This document shows positions 36,097 through 49,846 of a DNA stretch of 64,000 bases, piece after piece. Numbering within the stretch: position 1 is the first letter of the stretch; the number at the start of each line of letters is the position of its first letter. Made by a program: the position numbers and the translations under genes. Source of the DNA: Malacoraja senta (taxonomy: Eukaryota); assembly GCA_038087875.1 (NCBI GenBank), contig CM075995.1, forward strand, positions 186,001 to 250,000, written 5' to 3'. A model generated the notes under the pieces. It was not told the DNA's origin and did not search any database. It worked only from the letters and a program-made list of their open reading frames with translations.

Positions 36097-39000
36097 GTCT
36101 CCAGTCATCTTGGACTCCATGCCACTGGATCCTGACCCAGATCTGTCAAGGACCGTGGGTTGGCTGTCCGTGCACCAGTCTCCCCACGTTAAACAAAGTC
36201 ACGCACAGGCGTCCTCCATAGAGAGGACAGTCATACTCGTTTTTAGTGACCACCGATGATGATGGTGTTCATTGGGGGGGGGGGGGGGGATCATGGTCCT
36301 GGAACAGTTACGAGCTGTTCAATATCTGCTGCCCAGCCTCTAAGGTAGATGTTGATCTGCTGTAACACAATGGCACCACCCTTGATGACAATACTGAAAT
36401 GGGTGCAGATTGGGTGGGGATTACGCATTTGAAATCATGTTAATAACGAGATGAAAAAGTCAGGAGTGTCATGATTAATAAGTGTGTCAGTGGTTACGGG
36501 GCGAAGGCAGGTTGAGAGGGAAAGATAGATCAGCCACGATTGAATGGCGAAGTAGACTTGATGGGCCAAATGGCCTAATTCTGCTCCTTGAACCTATGAG
36601 GAGGGGGGGTAGGGATGTCCGCAGAGTTAGAAACATGAGAAGGGATCTGTGTGAGGACTTCTTACGAAATAAATAGGCTGGGAGGCAGAAATGATGGAAG
36701 AAGAGCTTGACATGATGATGGGCCTGGAACTCGTTGAGATGTGGATGCAGGGGTACAAAATTAAGTCTATGCTAAGGATATTGTACTCAGCATCAAACTG
36801 GTGGAGTTTATCTGCAGGATGTATGGAGTTGGAGCTGGATCAAGCCATGAGGTCATAATGGAGTAATGGAAGGATTAACAGTGGGAATATTGCTTGGAGA
36901 GGGGCGGGAGAAGAATAGAGGGTGCTGTTAGTTTGGGGCTTTGGTGAGATCAAAGACAGGTTTAAAAAAAAAGAAAAAGGAAGCTATTTAAATGGAGCGA
37001 GAAGGCACTGGAGATGCTTGAGATTAGTGTCAGCAGGTAGGGAGGGGAATGGGCTATAATATCAGGAATGGGAGTTGCGACTGGACCTACTGTCTCTGTC
37101 AGGAAATCTTTGATCTCAGGACTGGTACTCCAGCGGTAAACACCTTGGCTGTTTGCGGTGTTGTTGGGAAGCGGCTAATTGAAGTTGGTAAGTGGGAGGC
37201 AGTTACATCTGGAACTCAGGGCTTGCCTTTATTGGTTTTAATATCAAATAAGCAGGGGAATTGCAACCAGTGGTCGCCCTGTTGATGGTTGGCAGGGAAA
37301 GGGAACCTTGTTTGTAGCAGAGAGGCAGCATTCAGCTTTATAGGCGGATTTGTAGTAAGAGAATTGAGCTCAATCGGGACCAGAGCGTTTGTTTTATTCT
37401 GGTCCAGAAATTAATTATAGAGAACTGATTAGAACGGGGGTCAAGGGTTATGGGGAGAAGGCAGGAGAATGGGATTAGGAGGCAGCGATCAGCCATGATT
37501 GAATAATAATAATAATAATAATACATTTTATTTATGGGCGCCTTATACCAAAGTCTCAAGGACACCTTACAGAGTTTAACAAGTAAGAAACAAATAATCG
37601 GAGTAAAATAAATTATAAAGACATCACCAATACACAAATTAAAGACAGAATTCGATCCAAAGACACAAAAAAAAAATCTGAAACACAATGTGAAGAGAGA
37701 GCAGCGGCAGCTAAACCGCGCCAGCGTCCACTCTCCCTTCCGACCGCCATCTTGGACACAGACTAAAATAGACACTACATACAAAAATCATCCCCCCACA
37801 ATGGTTACCACTGTGGGGGAAGGCACAATGTCCAGTCCCCATCCCCAGTTCTCCCACAGTCAGGCCTATTGAGGCCTCCGCTATTGCCTCTACGGAGGCC
37901 CAATGTTCCTGGCCGTTCTCGGCGGGTGCTGTTGCCCCGGCGTCAGGAGAGTCCTCTCAGTGGCTGGGCGGAGTAGACTCAATAGACAATAGACAATAGG
38001 TGCAGGAGTAGGCCATTTGGCCCTTCGAGCCAGCACCGCCATTCAATGTGATCATGGCTGATCATCCCCAATCAGTACCCTGTTCCTGCCTTCTCCCCAT
38101 ATCCCCTGACTCTGCTATTTTTACAAGCCCTATCTAGCTCTCTCTTGAAAGCATCCAGAGAACCTGGCTCCACCGTCCTCCGAGGCAGACTCACCACTCT
38201 CTGTGAGAAAAAGTGTTTCCTCGTCTCCGTTCTAAATGGCTTACCCCTTATTCTTAAACTGTGGCCCCTGGTTCTGGACTCTCCCAACATCGGGAACATG
38301 TTTCCTGCCTCTAGTGTGTCCAAGCCCTTAACAATCTTATATGTTCCTTCTAAACTCCAGAGTGTACAAGCCCAGCTGCTCCATTCTCTCAGCATATGAC
38401 AGTCCCGCCATCCCGGGAATTAACCTTGTAACTCGATGTGCCGAATGGCCTAATTCTACTCCTATAACATATGTGAACATGTGTTAAGAGCAAGGAGAAC
38501 CCCAAGCAGCATCGGGTGGCCTGAGGGCATGTTGGAGATGCAAGGAGGACAGAGATACGGCAGCATTCCTCCGTGCTTCTTGATTAAGAGGCTGAGGTGC
38601 TCAATCAAGGCACTGCAACACTCCAATTGTAATGGTACAATAACAAGTGTTATACCACTCCAATGATACATATCAGAACTTTTCCGTTAGAAAGTTAATA
38701 GTTCGCACACCAACATCTTTCAAAAAGGAACAAATGAAATAGGAGGTAAGTTTTTGTACACAAGAGCACTAGGATCAACAATTTTAACATTGTACATTAG
38801 TAAATTCGAGGCACTAAGGCCAATTCTGACATTATGTTAACATGCGCCAGAAAATTATACCATATACTTTTGTTACACTGAAGGATACAATTATAATGAA
38901 TAAATAAAGATATAGGAGCAGAATTGAGCCATTCGGCCCATTGCGTCTGCTCCACCTTTCGATCATGACTTATCTATTTTACCTCTCAGTCCTATTTACC

Positions 39001-39382
39001 CGCTTTCCTCTGTAACCTTTGACGCCCTTATCAAAAAGTACGAATCAAATAATAGTTTAAGAAGGAACTGCAGATGCTGGAAAATCGAAGGTAGACAAAA
39101 ATGCTGGAGAAACTCAGCGGGTGAGGCAGCATCTATGGAGCGAAGGAAATAGGCAACGTTTTGGGTCGAAACCCTTCTTCAAATAGTAGGTTTGTTAACT
39201 TTGAGTAATTGCTATCCAGCTGTGCAGAACCCTGCAGTTTGTTATTTTAATTTTTTCCATTAACTTTCTCTGTACAGGTTTGCTTTCATGTTAACTTAAT
39301 AAATGATAGCTTGGGACAGGAAGATGTTACAGGATAGCTCATGCAGGAATATTATGATTTAGATAGTTACCGACATAATTTA

Positions 39383-40075
39383 TATAACCATATAACAATT
39401 ACAGCACGGAAACAGGCCATCTCGGTCCTTCTAGTTTGTGCCGAACACTTATTCTCCCCTAGTCCCATCTACCCTCCATTCCTTTCCCTTCCATATACCT
39501 ATCCGATTTATTTTTAAATGATAAAATCTAACCTGCCTCCACCACTTCCACTGGAAGCTCATTCCACACAGCTATCACTCTCTGAGTAAAGAAGTTCCCC
39601 CTCATGTTACCCCTAAACTTTTGTCCCTTAATTCTCAAATCATGTCCTCTTGTTTGAATCTTCCCTACTCTCAATGGAAAAAGCTTATCCACGTCAACTC
39701 TGTCTATCCCTCTCATAATTTGAAAAACCTCTATCAAGTCCCCCCTTAACCTTCTGCGCTCCAAAGAATAAAGACCTATCTTGTTCAACCTTTCTCTGTA
39801 ACTTAGGTGCTGAAACCCAGGCAACATTCTAGTAAATCTCCTCTGTACTCTCTCTATTTTGTTGACATCTTTCCTATAATTTGGTGACCAAAATTGTACA
39901 CCATACTCCAGAATTGGCCTCACCAATGCCTTGTACAATTTTAACATTACATCCCAACGTCTATACTCAATGCTCTGATTTATAAAGGCCAGCACACCAA
40001 AAGCTTTCTTTACCACCCTATCTACATGAGATTCCACCTTCAGGGAACTATGCACAGTTATTCCTAGATCCCTGA
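39383..40075 (-). mobile_element. CR1-clade LINE 3' fragment
   Basis: ORF 39528-40055 with LYKALVRPILEYGVQFWSP..LYSLERRRLRGDLIE. Confidence 0.85.
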
Positions 40076-40236
40076 ATTTACCTGGAAGATGTAACAGGGT
40101 AGTTCATGCAGGAATATTTTGATTTAGATAGTTACCGACATAACTTACCTGCCATTTCATTACTTCTTGAATTGATACCGAAGTTTATGTAAAAAAACAA
40201 CATATTTTTTTTAAAAGCAACGAGTCTTACTGCTGA

Positions 40237-41765
40237 TCAAGTCAAGTCAAGTGTCAAGTGAGTTTATTGTCATGTGTTCCTGGTAGGACAATGAAATTCT
40301 TGCTTTGCTTGAGCACAACAGAACATAGTAGGCATTTACTACAAGGCATTCTATAAATATATACACAATGGTCAATATACTGATAAAGTGCAAATAACAG
40401 TATTGCTAGTAAAGTTCAGTGTTATGTCCGAGCCAGGTTTAATAGCCTGATGGCTGTGGGGAAGTAGCTGTTCCTGAACCTGGTCGTTGCAGTCTTCAGG
40501 CTCCTGTACCTTCTACCTGAAGGTAGTAGGGAGATGAGTGTGTGGCCAGGATGGTGTGTGTCCTTGATGATGCTGCCAGCCTTTTTGAGGCAGCGACTGT
40601 GGTAGATCCCCTCGATGGAAGGGAGGTCAGAGCCGATGATGGACTGGGCAGTGTTTACTACTTTTTGTAGTCTTTTCCTCTCCAGGGCACTCAAGTTGCC
40701 GAACCAAGCCACGATGCAACCGGTCAGCATGCTCTCTACTGTGCACCTGTAGAAGTTAGAGAGAGTCCTCCTTGACAAACCGACTCTCCGTAATCTTCTC
40801 AGGAAGTAGAGGCGCTGATGTGCTTTCTTAATAATGGCATCATTGTTCTCGGACCAGGAAAGATCTTCAGAGATGTGCACGCCCAGGAATTTGAAGCTCT
40901 TGACCCTTTCAACCATCGACCCGTTGATATAAATGGGACTGTGGGTCCCCATCCTACTCCTTCCAAAGTCCACAATCAGTTCCTTGGTTTTGCTGGTGTT
41001 GAGGGCCAGATTATTGTGCTGGCACCATATGGACAGTTGCTCGATCTCTCTTCTATACTCTGACTCATCACCATCAGTGATACGTCCCACAACAGTGGTG
41101 TCATCAGCGAACTTGATGATGGAGTTCGCACTATGTCCGGCTACGCAGTCATGAGTATAGAGTGAGTACAGCAGGGGACTGAGCACGCAGCCTTGAGGTG
41201 CTCCCGTGCTAATTGTTATCGAGTCTGACACATTTCCACCAATACGAACAGACTGTGGTCTGAGAGTGAGGAAGTCGAGGATCCAATTGCAGAGGGATGC
41301 GCAGAGACCCAGTTCTGCGAGTTTGGTAACCAGCTTGGAGGGGATGATTGTGTTAAATGCCGAGCTGTAATCGATGAATAACAGCCTGACATATGAGTTT
41401 TTGTTGTCCAAGTGGTCCAGAGCGGAGTGGAGGGCCAGCGAGATCGCATCCACCGTTGATCTGTTGTGGCGGTAAGCGAACTGCAGTGGGTCCAGGTTTT
41501 TGTCGAGGTAGGAGTTGATCTGCGTCATGATCAACCTCTCAAAGCACTTCATCACCACAGGCGTTAGTGCCACAGGTCGATAGTCATTGAGGCACGTTAC
41601 CTTACTCTTCTTGGGCACTGGTATAATTGATGCCCTTTTGAAGCAGGTGGGGACCTCAGAAGTGAGAGGTTGAAAATGTCTGTAAAAACTCCAGCCAGTT
41701 GGTCCGCACAGGTTTTTAGAACGCGACCAGGTATACCATCAGATCCAGGAGCTTTTCGGGGCCTG
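40237..41765 (-). mobile_element. Rex1/Babar-type LINE, RT and 3' end
   Basis: ORF 40422-41618 with [35 protein letters not shown]. (cttga)n tail. Shorter related fragments near 17090, 20700, 26200, 34660, 41840, 50270 and 58140. Confidence 0.85.
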
Positions 41766-42271
41766 GACCTGATCCAGATCCAGGTCAGATCCAGGATCAA
41801 CACTGTGCTTACGGAAATTCAGCATGTCTCTAATTACTCTTACCAATTTATACAGATGCACTGTAGAAAGCATTCCTCTAGGGATGCATTAAAGCTTTGT
41901 ATGACAACTGCTTTGCCCAGGACTGGGAAGATATTGCAGCGAGCCGTGGATGCAGCCCAGCTCATCACACAAACAGCTTCCCACCCATCGACTCCAACTG
42001 CACCACGCTGTGTCAGGAAAGCACCCAACATAATCAAAGACCACTAGTCATTCTCCCTCCTGTCGAGCAGAAGATATTAAAAAAACATACAAGATTCAAG
42101 AGCAGCTTTTCCCCCACCATTATCAGAGTGTTGAGTGAACCTCTGGTATGCTAAGTCTCGGAAGGAACTGCACATGCTGGTTTAAACCAAAGACGCTGGT
42201 TTAAACCAAAGATAGACACAAAAAGCTGGAGTAACTCAGCGGGACAGGCAGCATCTCTGGAGAGAAGGAGG

Positions 42272-42304
42272 GTGACGTTTCGGGTCGAGACCCTTCTTCA
42301 GACT
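42272..42304 (-). ncRNA. Candidate minimal type-I hammerhead ribozyme core in a Penelope-type repeat (intact cores also at 14554-14586 and 28495-28527)
   Basis: Minus strand reads CUGAAGA-A-GGGUC-UC-GACCC-GAAA-CGUC: both conserved boxes, stem II, ACGU palindrome and a GUC triplet. Stem I is weak. Confidence 0.55.
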
Positions 42305-42844
42305 GGTATGCTAAGGATGTATTTGTGATCTCCCAATCTACCTCGTGACAGCCCTTGTACTTTTTTTTAAAACAAATCTGCAGCTTTGCTGTAACACTAA
42401 ATTCTGCACATCATCCTTTTTCATTTGTACTGCCTGTTGTACTCATGCCTGGTATGATTTGCCTGGATAGCATGCGAAGCAGTTTTATCACTGTATCTCA
42501 GTACATGTGACAATAATTATCCATATCCTGCAATGTAAACAAAATTGACCCCCTGCATTGAAGTGACACAACACAATCTTGGTGTTTAAACTAATGATGG
42601 GGATGATCCTTCAGCACAAACTTTTAAAATGCCATTATAGGAACAAATAGATTTTGTTTAATGGTCATTGCACGAGGAGGAGCTAAAAAATCTCTGACGT
42701 AGGGTACACCAAAACATTGGGATCCCCTGGTGTCTAGTTATTGCTTATTGTTCAAATATATTATTACTCTGCTTCATTCCCTGTTTGTATATGGGACTAG
42801 TGTAATGTGGACAAGTTAGCTCGAAGGGCCTGTTTCAACACTGT

Positions 42845-45800
42845 TAGAAACATAGAAACATAGAAATTAGGTGCAGGAGTAGGCCATTCGGCCCTTCGAG
42901 CCTGCACCGCCATTCAATATGATCATGGCTGATCATCCAACTCAGTATCCCGTACCTGCCTTCTCTCCATATCCCCTGATCCCCTTAGCCACAAGGGCCA
43001 CATCTAACTCCCTCTTAAATATAGCCAATGAACTGGCCTCAACTACCCTCTGTGGCAGAGAGTTCCAGGGATTCACCACTCTCTGTGTGAAAAAGTTTTT
43101 CCTCATCTCGGTCTTAAAGGATTTCCCCCTTATCCTTAAGCTGTGACCCCTTGTCCTGGACTTCCCCAACATCGGGAACAATCTTCCTGCATCTAGCCTG
43201 TCCAACCCCATAAGAATTTTGTACGTTTCTATAAGATCCCCTCTCAATCTCCTAAATTCTAGCGAGTATAAGCCAAGTCTTTTTTTTTTTAAATTATTTT
43301 TATTAGAAGTACGGTAATTTACAGTAATACACAACACTTATATCTTAGTACATTTTTTATACCGCTTCATTTTTTGAGCTTTAAGAGAAAGATAGAAGTA
43401 AGAAAAGTAAAGAAAGTGCGCAAGAGTCGTGAAGTGCAAAAGAGTGTTGTGAAAAGAAAGCCCCTTAGAAAAGAAGTTAGAGAAGGAAGTAAAGTAAGAA
43501 AGCAGATCCTAGAAAAGAAAGAAAAAGAAAGTAGGAACAATCGCAGAAAGGGAACCACCGACCAAGTCTGTTTTTATTGTTTTACCTCCCATTACCAGGT
43601 CCTGATACCATTCTTTATTTATTTATTTTTTAAATTACTATTGCACCTCATGCTTGTAATAGGTCCAAAAACGTAGACCACGTCTTTTGGAATTGGTCTG
43701 CTTTCCCTGCTAAGAGGAATCTCATCTCTTCCAGATGTAATGTTTCCAACATATTTGATGTCCACATTTTTATTGTTGGTGTGGGTGCATTTTTCCAGAA
43801 TTTAAGTATGAGCCTTTTACCCATTATTAGCCCGTAATTGAATAAGTTCTTCTGGTACACATTTAATTCAGGGATACCTTCCGATATTCCAAAAATGATC
43901 CATTCTGGTTTTGGTACCAGTTTTATTTTAATTAATTTTGAGAAAATATCAAATATTTCATACCAAAAATTTTGGATTTTTGTACAAAAAACAAAAGAAT
44001 GCGCTATGGTAGCTTCTTGACATAGACATTTATCACAGATTGGTGAAACATTAGGAAAGATTTTATTTAATTTAGTTTTTGAATAATATAGTCTATGTAA
44101 TGTTTTGAATTGGATGAGCGTATGTCGTACGTTGATCAAACATTTATGCACCTGTAGTAAATGGTTATCCCAGCTCTCTTTTGAAATTTTTATAGCTAAT
44201 TCCTGGACTTCCCCAACATCGGGAACAATCTTCCTGCATCTAGCCTGTCCAACCCCATAAGAATTTTGTACGTTTCTATAAGATCCCCTCTCAATCTCCT
44301 AAATTCTAGCGAGTATAAGCCAAGTCTATCCAGTTTTTCTTCATATGAAAGTCCTGACATCCCAGGAATCAGTCTGGTGAACCTTCTCTGCACTCCCTCT
44401 ATGGCTATAATGTCCTTCCTCAGATTTGGAGACCAAAACTGTATGCAATACTCCAGGTATGGTCTCACCAAGACCCTGTACAACTGCAGTAGAACCTCCC
44501 TGCTCCTATACTCAAATCCTCTTGCTAAGAAGGCCAACATACCATTCGCTTTCTTCACTGCCTGCTGCACCTGCATGCCTACTTTCAATGACTGGTGTAC
44601 CATGACACCCAGGTCTCGCTGCATCTCCCCATTTCCTAATCGGCCACCATTTAGATAATAGTCTGCCTTCCCGTTTTTGCCACCAAAGTGGATAACCTCA
44701 CATTTATCCACATTATACTGCATCTGCCAAACATTTGCCCACTCACCCAGCCTATCCAAGTCACCTTGCAGTCTCCTAGCATCCTCCTCACAGCTAACAC
44801 TGCCCCCCAGCTTAGTGTCATCCACAAACTTGGAGATGTTGCTTTCAATTCCCTCATCCAGTTCATTAATATAAATTGTAAATAGCTGGGGTCCCAGCAC
44901 TGAACCTTGCGGTACCCCACTAGTCACTGCCTGCCATTGTGAAAAGGACCCGTTTACTCCTACTCTTTGCTTCCTGTTTGCCAGCCAGTTCTCTATCCAC
45001 ATCAATACTGAACCCCCAATACCGTGTGATTTAAGTTTGTATCCTAATCTCTTATGTGGTACCTTGTCGAAAGCCTTCTGAAAGTCCAGATACAACACAT
45101 CCACTGGTTCTCCCCTATCCACTCTACTAGTTACATCCTCAAAAAATTCTATAAGATTCGTCAGACACGATTTACCTTTCGTAAATCCATGCTGACTTTG
45201 TCCAATGATTTCACCACTTTCCAAATGTGCTGCTATCCCATCTTTAATAACTGACTCTAGCAGTTTCCCCACTACCGATATTAGACTAACTGGTCTGTAA
45301 TTCCCCGTTTTCTCTCTCCCTCCCTTCTTAAAAAGTGGGGTTACGTTTGCTACCCTCCAATCCTCAGGAACTACTCCAGAATCTAAAGAGTTTTGAAAAA
45401 TTATCACTAATGCATCCACTATTTCTGGAGCTACTTCCTTAAGTACTCTGGGATGCAGCCTATCTGGCCCTGGTGATTTATCGGCCTTTAATCCATTCAA
45501 TTTACCCAACACCACTTCCCGACTAACCTGGATTTCACTCAGTTCCTCCATCTCCTTTGACCCGCGGCCCCCTGCTATTTCCGGCAGATTATTTATCTTC
45601 CTTAGTGAAGACGGAACCAAAGTAGTTATTCAATTGGTCCGCCATATCCTTGTTCCCCATGATCAATTCACCTGTTTCTGACTGCAAGGGACCTACATTT
45701 GTTTTAACTAATCTCTTTCTCTTCACATATCTATAAAAACTTTTGCAGTCAGTTTTTATTTTCCCTGCCAGTTTCCTTTCATAATCTATTTTCCCTTTCC

Positions 45801-47640
45801 TAATTAAGCCCTTTGTCCTCCTCTGCTGGTCTCTGAATTTCTCCCAGTCCTCTGGTATGCTGCTTTTTCTGGCTAATTTGTACGCATCATCTTTTGCTTT
45901 GATACTATCCCTGATTTCCCTTGTTATCCACGGATGCACTACCTTCCCTGATTTATTCTTTTGCCAAACTGGGATGAACAATTTTTGTAGTTCATCCATG
46001 CAGTCTTTAAATGCCTTCCATTGCATATCCACCGTCAACCCTTTTAGAACTAATTGCCAGTCAATCTTGGCCAATTCACATCTCATACCCTCAAAGTTAC
46101 CTTTCTTTAAGTTCAGAACCGTTGTTTCTGAATTAACAATGTCACTCTCCATCCTAATGAAGAACTCAACCATATTATGGTCACTCTTGCCCAAGGGGGT
46201 ACGCACAACAAGACTGCTAACTAACCCTTCCTCATTACTCAATACCCAGTCTAGAATAGCCTGCTCTCTCGTTGGTTCCTCTACATGTTGGTTTAGATAA
46301 CTATCCCGCATACATTCCAAGAAATCCTCTTCCTCAGCACCCCTGCCAATTTGATTCACCCAATCTATATGTAGATTGAAGTCACCCATTATAACTGTTT
46401 TGCCTTTGTTGCACGCATTTCTAATTTCCTGTTTGATGCCATCCCCAACTTCACTACTACTGCTAGGTGGCCTGTACACAACACCCACCAGCGTTTTCTG
46501 CCCCTTAGTGTTTCGCAGCTCTACCCATACCGATTCCACATCCTCCAAGCTAATGTCCTTCCTTTCCACTGCGTTAATCTCCTCTCTAACCAGCAACGCT
46601 ACCCCACCTCCTTTTCCTTTCTCTCTATCCCTCCTGAATATTGAATATCCCTGGATGTTCAGCTCCCAGCCTTGGTCACCCTGGAGCCATGTCTCCGTGA
46701 TCCCAACTATATCATAATCATTAATTGCTATCTGCACGTTCAACTCATCCACCTTATTACGAATGCTCCTTGCATTGAGACACAAAGCCTTCAGGCTTGT
46801 TTTACAACGCTCTTACCCCTTATACAATTGTGTTGAAAAGTGGCCCTTTTTGATTTTTGCCCTGGATTTGTCTGCCTGCCACTTTTACTTTTCACCTTGC
46901 TACCTATTGCTTCCGCCCGCATTTTACACCCCTCTGTTTCTCTGCTCACCCATTTAAGAACCCCACCACCTCTTATTCTCTGTTTATTATTGTTTTCTTC
47001 TTTCCCCCCTACATGTTGGGTCTGAGTGCTTTCCTTCTCTGCCTCCTGCCTCACACACTGTCTAATAGCATTCTCTATTTGAGTCCCTCCCCCCAACTAT
47101 TCTAGTTTAAAGTCTCCCCAGTAGCCTTTGCAGATCTCCCCGCCAGGATATCGGTCCCCCTCAGGTTCAAGTGCAACCCATCCTTTTTGTACAGGTTGAA
47201 CCTTCCACAAAAGAGGTCCCAATGATCCAGAAATTTGAATCCCTGCCTTCTGCACCAGTCCTTCAGCCACGCATTTATCCTCCACCTCGCTCCATTCCTA
47301 CTCTCACTGTCGCGTGGCACAGGCAGTAATCCCGAGATTGTTACCTTTGCTGTCCTTCTCTTTAACTCCCCATCCTAACTCCCTAAATTCTCCTTTCAGG
47401 ACCTCTTCTCTTTTTTTACCTATGTCATTGGTACCTATATGTACCACGACCTCGGGCTCCTCTCCCTGCCCTTTCAGGATATCTTGGACACGTTGAGACA
47501 CATCACAGACCCTGGCACCAGGGAGGCAAACTACCATCCGGGTCTCCCGACTGCGTCCACAGAATCGCCTGTCTGACCCCCTAACTATAGAGTCCCCTAT
47601 TAGTATTGCCCTCCTCTTCTTTTCCTTACCCTTCTGCGTC
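42845..47640 (-). mobile_element. Near full-length CR1-clade LINE (SGNH/GDSL-esterase ORF1, EN-RT ORF2), interrupted by an L1 fragment
   Basis: ORF1 pieces LIGDSIVR..LPGA..VVHIGTNDIG (47097-47642). ORF2 EN 46785-45589, frameshifted into RT 45620-44196 (LDFQKAFD, QGSVLGP). 3' (tttctatg)n tail near 42850. Confidence 0.9.
43281..44200 (-). mobile_element. 3' fragment of an L1-clade LINE nested in the CR1
   Basis: ORF 43648-44151 is homologous to the C-terminus of the 29-kb L1 ORF2. Poly-A tail at 43281. Flanked by a 127-bp direct repeat. Confidence 0.88.
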
Positions 47641-49840
47641 ACTCTATGACTCTATATGTACATAGTATGTTGGCAATTTATATTCCTATACTTCAGGCAG
47701 TGACAATTGGACTGATGTGACAATTTTCAAATTCGATTAGTGCCTCGGGAAGACTCGATTAAGTCCTGGGAAAATTTAGATCCACAGATTAGTTTTCTGA
47801 AGTTAATCCACTGGCGACCAACCTTCAACACTTTAAAATGTTGCAGTATCACAGTTTGTAGACGCATAAGAGTCCTCAGTCGACTAACCAAACAAATAGT
47901 CATTTTTGAATGCTGTTATTTTGTTGATCTGTCTTCATTCAAAAACACAAACTAGTTCATAGCTATGTAAGATGCATAGTATCACTGGCCTTTAAATAGA
48001 TTCTCACAATGCGGCACGGCGACACAGCGGTAGAGTTGCTGCCTTTCAGCCCTTGCAGTGCCGGAGACCCAGATTCGATCCCGACTACGGGTGCTGTCCG
48101 TACGGAGTTTGTACATTCTCCCCGTGACCACGAGGGTTTTCTCTCAGATCTTCGGTTTCCTCAGTTTAAGGCCACAGTTTAAGAATAAGGAGTAAGCCAT
48201 TTAAAACGTAGACGAGGAAACACTTTTTCTCACAGAGAGTGGTGAGTCTGTGGAATTCTCTGCCTCAGAGGGCGGTGGAGGCAGGTTCTCTGGATGCTTT
48301 CAAGAGAGAGCTAGATAGGACTTAAAAATATCGGAGTCAGGGGATATGGGGAGAAGGCAGGAACGGGGTACTGATTGGGGATGATCAGCCATGATCACAT
48401 TGAATGGCGGTGCTGGCTCGAAGGTCCGAATGGCCTACTCCTGCACCTATTGTCTATTGTCTATTGTCCCCCACACTCCAAAAACGTATAGGTAAGTAGG
48501 TTAGTTGGATTGGTGTATGTGTAAATTGTCCCTAGCGTGTGTAGGATAGTGTTAATGTGCGGGGATCGCTGGTCGGCGTGGACACGGTGGGCAAAAGGGC
48601 CTGTTTCCGCACAGTATCTCTAAACTAAACCGCTTTAATAAATACCTGTGCAGTATTATCATACTGCATTGGGATTCCATGAAAGAAAAAAAATTGCCAA
48701 TATAATTACGTCAAAACTCAAATGTACAGAAAAAAATCCACAGAGCACGGTTTTCCAGGCTGTAGAATGTATTCTAAAACACTGAAATGCTGTACCAATT
48801 AAATACAGTTTTGCTGAAATAATATATATTACAACTCTGTACAGTCATACAAAAACACTACGAAGGGAAAATATATACAAAAAATCTAATTCAGCAGCTC
48901 TTGAGCAAGTCCCAAGTTTTTCATTGTTAAAATTAACAGTTGACCTTTCATGATCACATTTCTCCAAACAGACGCACTCTTAAGTACCTACAATTTTGCA
49001 CAACTCTAATGTACACTGGATGGCTTTAAAAACAGTCTTTAGTCCAATCAGATTATACCTTAACTGCATGGGATGCAGTAAACCTTTCAATTATATATGA
49101 TCCTGTGCATAAATTATTTTTAACCATATCATCCAATGAGATGTTTCATTATATATACACAACTTTGTTGCAAAATGTACCATCACTTTGCATTCTTCGG
49201 TAAATGCATGCACACATACTCATAACCCATTACAACAAATCTTCTGTCTGTCCCCTACATTCTTGCAGTAATACTGTTCAAGCACTAAACTGCCAACAGG
49301 TAAATCAGACTACAGGTGTTTAGACTTGTAACATACAAAGCTCCAAGCTACAGGTCCAAGCTCGTAATTGAACCAGGACCCAGGTGAAGCTAAATCAGCA
49401 GTGGTAAACATTGGAAGACGACAACTTTTATAGAAGAATCAGATTTGTTTAAATGTGCTTATCAGACAATAGAAATAAGGCAGCGTTATACAGAGTAACA
49501 CAAACACGGCACAAGTTAATAAAATCAAAAAAGGCCCCTACAGCCTAGAACACAATTGTACGAAGGTCAAAATTAAAATTAAGAGGCTCCTGACTCTAAT
49601 CAAGATCTTTGGTAATTATGGACCAATTTAGAGATCTTTGTGATTTGCATCCAAATTATTTCTAACAAAATACCTATTTACTGATTAATCTCAAGTTACT
49701 TTAATGCAGAAGGTGATGCTCCCCGTGCTGAAGTTAACGGTATTTTGCATAGCCTAGCCACTTTTTAGTGTACTTTTGATGTATTACCAGCAAATATACT
49801 TCATCTTTTTTTTTTTTACAAAAAGGTAAAATATTAAAGT

Positions 49841-49846
49841 TTTATT
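49841..49846 (-). promoter_or_regulatory. Candidate proximal polyadenylation signal (AATAAA) of KIF13A
   Basis: tttatt on +, about 105 nt after the stop codon. The true 3' UTR may be longer. Confidence 0.35.

Noticed and set aside
39278..39378. Strong + strand acceptor followed by R-F-A as candidate TPMT exon 6
   Set aside because: In-frame stops within a few codons and no YLL/YDP motif.
42645..42683. Minus-strand ag|CT CCT CCT..CTA TTT G as the missing TPMT GPPF exon
   Set aside because: Wrong length, no GT donor at the needed phase, and poor similarity to GPPFYVP.
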